From: a virus
Taxonomy: Duplodnaviria > Caudoviricetes
Direction: 5' to 3' (one strand)
IMG/VR virus record: IMGVR_UViG_3300011116_000184
Coordinates: 1-31,143 of that record
Length of the DNA: 31,143 bases
The number at the start of each line of letters is the position of its first letter. Positions within the stretch are counted from its first letter, which is position 1. Position numbers and translations under genes: made by a program. Below are positions 24,920-31,143 of the stretch, piece by piece. The notes under the pieces are model-generated. The model was not told the origin of the DNA, ran no database searches, and saw only the letters and a list, made by a program, of their open reading frames with translations.

Positions 24920-25684
24920 ATGGCACAAGAAATAGATAGAGATAGGTATGGTAGGCCATTAATTATTCCACCAAAAGGTGGTAAGCCAGTGGCTTATACA
25001 CGTGCAACAACTATTGCTAATTCATTAGATGATGCATCAGCATTAACTGCTTGGAAAATGCGAATGGCAGCAATTGGTTTAACCACAAGACCAGATATAT
25101 TGCTATCAATAACAGCAGCACATGATGATAAGTTGGCAGTTAATTCTTTAATTGAAGATGCTATGGAAGTAGCAGGTGCAAATAAAGCAGCCAACATAGG
25201 TACGGCAATCCATTCGTTTGCTGAACAATTAGATTTAGGACATGACTTAGGCGTGGTGCCACCAGAGTGGATGCCAGATGTAAAAGCCTATGAACAAGCA
25301 ACTAAGATTCTCAACAAACAGTTCATTGAACAGTTTAGTGTGTTAGATAAATACAAAATTGCTGGCACACCAGACAGAGTTGTTGAGTATAAAGGCGAGT
25401 TATTTATTGCAGATATTAAAACTGGTCGTATAGACCATCCAAGTAATATTGCAATACAGTTAGCAATATATGCTAACGGCTTGCCGTATGATAGTGCCAC
25501 GGCAAGCCGTGGTACATGGGGCGAAGTAAACAAAGATAAAGCAATCATTATTCATCTACCTGCAGGAACAGGCACGTGTAAGTTAGTGTGGATAGATATT
25601 AAAGAAGGCTGGAAAGGTTTACAATTAGCCATGAAAGCAAGAAAGTGGAGAGACCAGAAGGGTTTAACCACTACATTTGAATAG
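24920..25684 (+). CDS. PD-(D/E)XK exonuclease (Cas4/RecB-like)
   Basis: YTRATT, GTAIHSFAE, IAGTPDRVV, IADIKTG, QLAIYA. Confidence 0.88.
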   Translation: MAQEIDRDRYGRPLIIPPKGGKPVAYTRATTIANSLDDASALTAWKMRMAAIGLTTRPDILLSITAAHDDKLAVNSLIEDAMEVAGANKAANIGTAIHSFAEQLDLGHDLGVVPPEWMPDVKAYEQATKILNKQFIEQFSVLDKYKIAGTPDRVVEYKGELFIADIKTGRIDHPSNIAIQLAIYANGLPYDSATASRGTWGEVNKDKAIIIHLPAGTGTCKLVWIDIKEGWKGLQLAMKARKWRDQKGLTTTFE

Positions 25685-25691
25685 GAGAAAA

Positions 25692-26144
25692 ATGAGTAGC
25701 ACTGAAGCACCAATCAGTATCAATCTCAAAACAGCAGGAGGCACACAGATAACTCTGCGTGCAGAAACAGCAGACCAGTTTGCTGACATGATTGCACAAG
25801 GTATACATATAATTACCGATGCAGTTACTGAAGTAGAACTAGCAGTAAAAGGGACATCAGCAAGTAAGCCAATGTCCGTAGCAGATATTGCTTCTAGTTT
25901 TAATGCAAACATTTCATCCACAGAATCAGGTGGAGAAGAAACAGTTGAAGATAAATGGGGTAACACTTGGGTATATAACAAACCAGGTGCGCCATCATGT
26001 GAGCGGGGAGTTATGGTTCTTAAATATGGCAAAGCACAGGCAACTGGCAAACCATATAAAGCATTCTATGACCCAGCAGCAGGTCCTCGTTGGACAGGTC
26101 CCAAGATTCCAACTGAACTACGTACTAAGCCAATCTTTGCTTAG
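25692..26144 (+). CDS. Hypothetical recombination/replication-module protein
   Basis: Start revised to MSSTEAPISI after AGGAG SD; C-terminal APSCERGVM..GKPYKAFYDP. Confidence 0.75.
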   Translation: MSSTEAPISINLKTAGGTQITLRAETADQFADMIAQGIHIITDAVTEVELAVKGTSASKPMSVADIASSFNANISSTESGGEETVEDKWGNTWVYNKPGAPSCERGVMVLKYGKAQATGKPYKAFYDPAAGPRWTGPKIPTELRTKPIFA

Positions 26145-26154
26145 TATTTAACAG

Positions 26155-26192
26155 TAAACGGGGGCTGAGTCGTGGTGCCCAGCCCCCGTTTA
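26155..26192 (+). promoter_or_regulatory. 13-bp perfect hairpin (weak terminator or processing site)
   Basis: TAAACGGGGGCTG/CAGCCCCCGTTTA just before helicase SD. Confidence 0.6.
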
Positions 26193-26207
26193 TATTAAAG
26201 GAGAGTA

Positions 26208-27026
26208 ATGAAAACATTAATTAGAAGTGTTAATAACACTAATGTAGGTGGCGAGCCATTACCTGCTGTGTTTAAAGTATTTGAAAACGCAGGAATTATA
26301 TTGCGTAGAGCAGAGGTAACAGTTATTGCAGGCACCCCAGGTGCAGGCAAGTCATCAATTGCATTAGCAATTGCGGCTAAAACTAAATTACCTACCCTTT
26401 ACTTTAGTGCGGATACTAATGCACATACTATGGCAATGAGATTGATTGCTATGACTGGCAACATTAGTCAACAACAAGCAGAACAATTAATTAAACGTCA
26501 GCCAGAGAAAGCAAAAGAAGTATTAGCCAATGGTAATCATTTGTTTTGGTGCTTTGAATCTAGTCCAACACTAAAAGATTTAGATGAAGAAGTATCAGCA
26601 TTTGAAACCATATGGGGTAAGAGTCCAGCACTTATAGTTGTAGATAACTTAATGGACATAGCAATGGATGGACACGATGAGTTTGGTGGTATGCGTGCAG
26701 CCATGAAAGAACTTAAGTATTTAGCCAGAGATACAAACGCAGCACTGCTTGTATTGCACCATACCAAAGAAGGATATGAAGGCAGTCCGTGTCAGCCAAG
26801 GTCATCAATTCAAGGATTAGTTAATCAAATACCAGCAATGGTATTAACTATTGGTCAGATGAAGCAGGCAGATATGAACTATCTATGCGTAGCAGCAGTC
26901 AAGAATCGCTATGGCAAAGCAGACCAAACAGGTAACAACTATGTTACCCTTGCATTCAACCCAGAATCTATGTATCTAGATGATGTTATGATTCGTTATA
27001 TGCCACAGCAACAGGAGTTTGAATGA
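26208..27026 (+). CDS. DnaB-like (RecA-fold) helicase, ATPase domain only
   Basis: Walker A GTPGAGKS, YFSAD, LIVVDNL, LKYLAR, LVLHH, VKNRYG. Confidence 0.88.
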   Translation: MKTLIRSVNNTNVGGEPLPAVFKVFENAGIILRRAEVTVIAGTPGAGKSSIALAIAAKTKLPTLYFSADTNAHTMAMRLIAMTGNISQQQAEQLIKRQPEKAKEVLANGNHLFWCFESSPTLKDLDEEVSAFETIWGKSPALIVVDNLMDIAMDGHDEFGGMRAAMKELKYLARDTNAALLVLHHTKEGYEGSPCQPRSSIQGLVNQIPAMVLTIGQMKQADMNYLCVAAVKNRYGKADQTGNNYVTLAFNPESMYLDDVMIRYMPQQQEFE

Positions 27027-27364
27027 GCAACCCACGCAAAGCAAAGGGTTCCAGCGCAGAAAGAGATGTAGTTAATTGGTTAAAAAAATGGTTCCCATAT
27101 GTAGAGCGTAGAGTTGCAGGTGCACATTTAGACAAAGGAGATATAGCAGGAGTTAATGGTGTAGTTATAGAGGTAAAAAATCATAAGAAACTAGATTTAT
27201 CTGCATGGATAAAAGAATTAGAAATAGAAATTAAAAATGATAAAGCATGGACAGGTGTAGTTATACATAAACGAATAGGTAAAGGAGATGTAGGAGAATG
27301 GTATGCAACAATGCCAGCAAAAATATGGATAGAATTAATTAGGAAGATTAATGGACAAACATGA
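27023..27364 (+). CDS. Hjc-type Holliday junction resolvase
   Basis: KAKGSSAERDV, DKGDI, IEVKN. Confidence 0.8.
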   Translation: MSNPRKAKGSSAERDVVNWLKKWFPYVERRVAGAHLDKGDIAGVNGVVIEVKNHKKLDLSAWIKELEIEIKNDKAWTGVVIHKRIGKGDVGEWYATMPAKIWIELIRKINGQT

Positions 27365-27692
27365 TATATCTGCCTACTTAATGCACGTAGGCGCCACCCT
27401 GCCAGCCGTGGGGCATGGTTGGCGCAAAATGAAATGCCCATTTCATGGTGATAAACATGCATCAGCAGCCATTAATTATGATGAAAATAGATTTAAATGT
27501 TTTGGTTGTGAAGCATCAGGTGACGTATACGATTTAATAATGTACAGACAAGGAGGTAATTACATTGAGGCTATCAAATTCGCAGAGAGCATATCTCTTG
27601 CAGGCAGCAGACCAGTACGCAAAACATCTGCATCTGGCAGAGGAATATCTTTCAACCCGACATCTCTCGGTAGAAGAGGGCAGAAGTTTTAA
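27351..27692 (+). CDS. DNA primase CHC2 zinc-finger part
   Basis: CPFHGDKHASA...FKCFGC...GDVYDL. Confidence 0.88.
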   Translation: MDKHDISAYLMHVGATLPAVGHGWRKMKCPFHGDKHASAAINYDENRFKCFGCEASGDVYDLIMYRQGGNYIEAIKFAESISLAGSRPVRKTSASGRGISFNPTSLGRRGQKF

Positions 27693-28200
27693 TTTAGGTG
27701 TAGTAGCAGAACCATTGCCAGGTCATGAAGCATACAAAAATAGATTAGCAATTCCTTATATAACCCCATCAGGTATTGTTGATATACGATTTAGAACTAC
27801 TAATAACCATGAAGACCCTAAATATATGGGTATGCCTGGTGCTAAAACTACAATGTTTAATGCACAAGTAGTATTAACAGCAGGCAGTTATGTATGTGTA
27901 ACTGAAGGTGAATTAGATACAGTAGTATTATCAGTTAAAACTGGGCATCCATCTGTTGGTATTCCTGGAGTTAATAATTGGCGACCATACTATACAAAAA
28001 TATTAGATGATTTTGAAACAGTAATTGTATTAGCAGATGGTGATAATGCTGGTTTAGAATTTGGCAAAAGATTAAGTAGAGAATTACATAATGTTAATTT
28101 ACTACAAATGCCAGAAGGACATGACGTTAATAGTATAATTGTACAAGAAGGAAAGGAGTGGATAGATGAACGAATCAAAAAATGCTTGGGACAATCCTAA
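27565..28200 (+). CDS. DNA primase catalytic/TOPRIM part
   Basis: RLAIPY, FR, PKY, VTEGELD, LADGDNAG, DVN; TTG start after AGGAGG. Confidence 0.9.
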   Translation: MRLSNSQRAYLLQAADQYAKHLHLAEEYLSTRHLSVEEGRSFNLGVVAEPLPGHEAYKNRLAIPYITPSGIVDIRFRTTNNHEDPKYMGMPGAKTTMFNAQVVLTAGSYVCVTEGELDTVVLSVKTGHPSVGIPGVNNWRPYYTKILDDFETVIVLADGDNAGLEFGKRLSRELHNVNLLQMPEGHDVNSIIVQEGKEWIDERIKKCLGQS

Positions 28201-28477
28201 AGATTTTTGGGAACATGTAAACTCTAATAAAAAATTAGTTGGCATAGCAGTATCTGACGAGCAAGGTTTAGATATCTTAAATGCATTAAGAGATATTTAT
28301 TTCCGAATAGAAGAAGAACCAGATGATGCAAAACAAATGTTAACTATGTTAGGAATGATATTATTAGCAAGCAGTGAAGGAAATGGTAAAATTATTTCTA
28401 ATGAAATAGCAGTACAAGCAGCAATGGAAGAATTTGAGATGCATATGAATAGGATGTTAGATGAAGAATCCAAATGA
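28166..28477 (+). CDS. Hypothetical protein
   Basis: 103 aa, AAGGAG SD, in operon. Confidence 0.7.
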   Translation: MNESKNAWDNPKDFWEHVNSNKKLVGIAVSDEQGLDILNALRDIYFRIEEEPDDAKQMLTMLGMILLASSEGNGKIISNEIAVQAAMEEFEMHMNRMLDEESK

Positions 28478-28742
28478 TGTTGATATAATTCTTAATGAAT
28501 TACGTAGTATTATGATGAAAAAACAAGAAGACTATGGACCCCTGAATATAGCCCTTGCCCCTGGTGGGGCTATGAATGGGCTGCGTGTAAGAATGTATGA
28601 TAAGTTGGCTAGGTTAAATAACCTGGCTGATAAAGACGCCACGCCCAATTTTGAATCTATAGAAGATACCCTTATAGACCTGGCTAACTATGCAATAATA
28701 GGACTATTGGTACAAAGAGGGCAATGGGAAGGTATAAATTAA
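28461..28742 (+). CDS. DUF1599 / nucleotide-modification-associated domain protein
   Basis: KKQEDYG, RMYDKLARL, ESIEDTLIDLANYAII. Confidence 0.8.
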   Translation: MKNPNDVDIILNELRSIMMKKQEDYGPLNIALAPGGAMNGLRVRMYDKLARLNNLADKDATPNFESIEDTLIDLANYAIIGLLVQRGQWEGIN

Positions 28743-28745
28743 ATA

Positions 28746-29405
28746 GTGACTGAGGCGTGGGTACAAGAGTATGATTTGTTGGTATCCACCCTTGCCATAG
28801 AATATTCCAGAAAATATTCTATAGTTGAAACTGCAGATATAAAACAGATTTTATGGATGTGGTTTGTTACCCATCCAAATAAATATACAGAGTGGTCTAA
28901 GTTACCACCAAAAGATAAAGAAAAATTAATTGCCAAATCATTACGCAATGCAGCCATTACTTATTGTGAAAAAGAAAAAGCCCGTAAGTTTGGCTACGAT
29001 ATGGTTGACCTTTATTATTATGACCCATCAGTTATTGAAGCATTTTTACCATCTATTATTTCAGGTAGTTATGAAATACCTATTAAAATAAAAGACCTTA
29101 ACTTTAAACCAGATAAGTCAGGCCAAGTTACAGATGGAAATAATTGGTTAGTTCTTAGAGCAGATATAGAAAAAGCATACAACAAACTAGCAGAGGCAAA
29201 ACAAAATATTTTAAGACTAAGATTTTCTGTAGAAAATTGCGAGTGGACAGAACTTGGTAAAGAATTAAATACATCTGCTGATGGTGCAAGAATGAGGGTT
29301 AGCCGTGCAATTAATTCTTTAATTAGAATACTAGGTGGATGGCGCACCTATACTGATACAGATAATATAGAAGTTAAAGAAGAAGAAGATGACACAAGAG
29401 CCTAA
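28746..29405 (+). CDS. Phage RNA polymerase sigma factor-like protein
   Basis: Region 2-like ADIKQILWMWF..SLRNAAITY; region 4 HTH LRLRF..TELGKELNTSADGARMRVSRAINSL. Confidence 0.75.
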   Translation: MTEAWVQEYDLLVSTLAIEYSRKYSIVETADIKQILWMWFVTHPNKYTEWSKLPPKDKEKLIAKSLRNAAITYCEKEKARKFGYDMVDLYYYDPSVIEAFLPSIISGSYEIPIKIKDLNFKPDKSGQVTDGNNWLVLRADIEKAYNKLAEAKQNILRLRFSVENCEWTELGKELNTSADGARMRVSRAINSLIRILGGWRTYTDTDNIEVKEEEDDTRA

Positions 29406-29628
29406 AGAAATAAAAGATTTATTTAAAAAAGATTATAGCAGAGCAATGGACTTACGTGGTAATTCAATAGGAGATATTTGTGTATGTGGTTCAGAATTAT
29501 TTACTGCTATAGTAGCCTTTGAATATGGTGAAATATGTTTTTACTTTTTAGATGGGGAATGTGTAGACTGTGGTTCGTTGGTTACATTACCCACCCCAAT
29601 AGATGACCACGGAATGGATTGCGACTAA
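29389..29628 (+). CDS. Small Cys-rich protein
   Basis: DLRG..ICVCGS...ECVDCGSLVTLPTPID. Confidence 0.75.
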   Translation: MTQEPKEIKDLFKKDYSRAMDLRGNSIGDICVCGSELFTAIVAFEYGEICFYFLDGECVDCGSLVTLPTPIDDHGMDCD

Positions 29629-29753
29629 TGTGTTATCGTAATTTTGTATGTCTTATTTGTTCTAATACTAGACGACAATGGATATACCATAAAAAATACC
29701 AGTTTTATATAGTTAGATGTTCATGTTATAGTGCAATGCAAGAGGTTGTTTAA
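29628..29753 (+). CDS. 41-aa Cys-rich peptide (not in ORF track)
   Basis: MCYRNFVCLICSNTRRQWIYHKKYQFYIVRCSCYSAMQEVV; TAATG overlap. Confidence 0.5.
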   Translation: MCYRNFVCLICSNTRRQWIYHKKYQFYIVRCSCYSAMQEVV

Positions 29754-29755
29754 CA

Positions 29756-29917
29756 ATGCCATTTTATGATTTTGAATGTAAGGTCTGTACTAAGGTAATA
29801 GAAACAAATGATTCTGCTCCACCATTTTGTTCATCTTGCGGAAATCTTATGACTCGTATATGGTCCTCCACACCAGTACATTTCAAAGGAAGTGGCTTCT
29901 ACTCAACAGGAGGGTAA
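29756..29917 (+). CDS. FmdB-like zinc ribbon protein (not in ORF track)
   Basis: MPFYDFECKVC...CSSCGNLMTRIWS..VHFKGSGFYSTGG. Confidence 0.85.
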   Translation: MPFYDFECKVCTKVIETNDSAPPFCSSCGNLMTRIWSSTPVHFKGSGFYSTGG

Positions 29918-29918
29918 C

Positions 29919-30041
29919 ATTAAAAGACTACGTCATTTATTTTGTTTTAATTATATGTGGAAAGTAATAGACCCAAGTAAATCTTTATGGAATCTTGAAT
30001 GTACTAGATGTGGTTATCAAACGGTGATTAACCTTGATTAA
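29919..30041 (+). CDS. Possible 40-aa Cys-containing peptide with ATT start
   Basis: GGAGG SD then ATT; IKRLRHLFCFNYMWKVIDPSKSLWNLECTRCGYQTVINLD; in-frame ATG alternative at 29955. Confidence 0.4.
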   Translation: MKRLRHLFCFNYMWKVIDPSKSLWNLECTRCGYQTVINLD

Positions 30042-30318
30042 TTATCCAACATGGAAAGATATACCAGCATGCAATGGTATTGATGTAGAGATATTCTTTA
30101 CTGAAGAAAGAGGTAACTATCCTCATCTTGATTATGTTAGAAAAATGTGCAACACTTGTCCAGTACGAGTCCAATGTCATGACTATGCAATAGAAAATTT
30201 AGTGCACGGAATATGGGCAGGAACTACTATGGAAGAAAGGAATAGATACAGAAGTAAACGTGGAATAGTTGGTAAAACAGTTGTTCCCATATCTGTATTT
30301 AATAGTAACTATGAGTAA
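30034..30318 (+). CDS. whiB: WhiB family transcriptional regulator
   Basis: AC..IFF...MCNTCPVRVQC..YA...GIWAGTT.EER (four Cys plus GIWxG). Confidence 0.93.
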   Translation: MINYPTWKDIPACNGIDVEIFFTEERGNYPHLDYVRKMCNTCPVRVQCHDYAIENLVHGIWAGTTMEERNRYRSKRGIVGKTVVPISVFNSNYE

Positions 30319-30694
30319 ACTATCTGATTTTGATTTAGATTTATCCGTTGGACATGAGGGTGAATCATTAGTCAATCAACTACTAACCAATGGTAAAACC
30401 ATTGAGGTTAAGACAGACCTTAAATGGAAGAACACTGGCAACCTATATATAGAAACTGTGTGTTGGTCACACAACAATGAAGAGTGGTATCCATCTGGTT
30501 TAACTGCAACTAAGGCTGCATACTGGGCATTTGTACTAGAAGGAACTATATTTATAGTACCTATAGAACATTTACGGCATGCCGTTACCTTGTATGGGCA
30601 CCCTATTACCTGTAATATAGAACCTAATCCGTCAAAGGGTTATCTGATACGACCAGATAAAATCCTCCAAGTGGTACAAGAGTTATCTAAGTAG
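30311..30694 (+). CDS. PD-(D/E)XK-like hypothetical protein
   Basis: Start revised to MSKLSDFDLDL; IEVKTD, TGNLYIE, PSGL.ATKAAYW. Confidence 0.7.
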   Translation: MSKLSDFDLDLSVGHEGESLVNQLLTNGKTIEVKTDLKWKNTGNLYIETVCWSHNNEEWYPSGLTATKAAYWAFVLEGTIFIVPIEHLRHAVTLYGHPITCNIEPNPSKGYLIRPDKILQVVQELSK

Positions 30695-30714
30695 AGGGGA
30701 ACTACTTAGAAAAC

Positions 30715-30762
30715 AAAAAAGACCCCCGCTCCTAGTATTTCTACTAAGGCGGGGGTTCTTCT
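30715..30762. terminator. Bidirectional intrinsic terminator between convergent modules
   Basis: AAAAAA-GACCCCCGC...TAGTA/TACTA...GCGGGGGTT-CTTCTT. Confidence 0.75.
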
Positions 30763-30803
30763 TGTCTATAAAGGGCCTTTAAAGCCCAATTAGGGGTATA
30801 TAA

Positions 30804-30995
30804 TTAGTTACTTCCACGTCCAAATTCTGTTGCTGATGGGTCTAACGCCTTCAGAACTGGGCCTGCAACGGCTGCTACACCTGCCATGGCTAGAGTCTTT
30901 AGGTCAGTTGTGCCAGCAAGGTATAGAGCAAGCACGGCTGCTACTGCAGCACGAGCATAACTTGCAACAATTGCTTTTACTTTTTTTGTATTCAT
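30804..30995 (-). CDS. Holin
   Basis: Two hydrophobic helices, SYARAAVAAVLALYLAG...VLKALDP..FGRG; directly after endolysin; TAAGGA SD fits ATG at 30995. Confidence 0.75.
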   Translation of the reverse strand: MNTKKVKAIVASYARAAVAAVLALYLAGTTDLKTLAMAGVAAVAGPVLKALDPSATEFGRGSN

Positions 30996-31003
30996 ATCCA
31001 TCC

Positions 31004-31143
31004 TTAAGGGCGTGCAACGCCCATTACTAGGGAGTAGGCACGTTTCCTAAGATACACACCATCTCCATTTGATTGACTTCCTTTATTGCCACTAGAGGTA
31101 TTACCCTCAATGACAGTAAGGAACTTTTTTCCATCGTTGCTTT
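31004..31143 (-). CDS. Endolysin, CHAP-domain C-terminus (partial)
   Basis: Manual translation ...FLTVIEGNTSSGNKGSQSNGDGVYLRKRAYSLVMGVARP*; IEGNT and GxxRP are CHAP hallmarks. Confidence 0.8.
   Translation of the reverse strand, partial: SNDGKKFLTVIEGNTSSGNKGSQSNGDGVYLRKRAYSLVMGVARP

Larger units (their letters stand above)
1..31143. mobile_element. Tailed dsDNA bacteriophage genome fragment (podovirus-like layout, probable actinobacterial host)
   Basis: Terminase-portal-scaffold-capsid module on minus strand, replication module on plus strand, holin/endolysin, WhiB; no host housekeeping genes or integrase seen. Confidence 0.97.

Noticed and set aside
24920-25684. Cas4 as part of a CRISPR system
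   Set aside because: No Fe-S cysteines, other cas genes or array; standard phage exonuclease context
25977-26075. Zinc finger in the 25692-26144 protein
   Set aside because: APSCERG...FYDP retains only one Cys; at most a degenerate motif
30993-31001. Holin/antiholin dual start (M-D-M)
   Set aside because: The TAAGGA SD overlaps the first ATG and is spaced properly only for the second; no basic residue between the starts as in lambda S

Overview
The whole window is a fragment of an AT-rich tailed dsDNA phage genome with podovirus-like gene order. The host is most likely an actinobacterium (WhiB, secreted actinobacterial-type transglycosylase, split primase, phage sigma factor); a low-GC freshwater lineage is an inference. 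Minus strand 17837->1 is the late/virion module: terminase with an N-terminal HTH-like extension, portal, HslV/proteasome-beta-like threonine peptidase, three large putative core/ejection proteins, scaffold, major capsid, seven small mostly Lys-rich ORFs, a GT-A glycosyltransferase and a truncated virion gene. Plus strand 18764->30694 is the early/replication module: two SSB-like OB-fold proteins, NADAR, transglycosylase, DUF4192-like, DUF932, PD-(D/E)XK exonuclease, DnaB-like helicase, Hjc-like resolvase, split primase, DUF1599, sigma factor, FmdB-like Zn ribbon and WhiB. It converges on holin and CHAP endolysin. The most unusual part is the boundary between the modules (about 18070-19440), which is almost continuously self-complementary. 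It includes two long hairpins built like Frpo-type single-stranded-DNA promoters (folding of the minus strand gives -35/16 bp/extended -10) directly upstream of an SSB-like gene and a Zn-finger/NADAR pair, resembling a conjugative-plasmid leading region. A second candidate regulator is a promoter-proximal hairpin (24864-24908) whose loop is the exact antisense of the AAAGGAGATA ribosome-binding site shared by five early genes. All family calls are from motif recognition by eye; no searches or folding programs were run.
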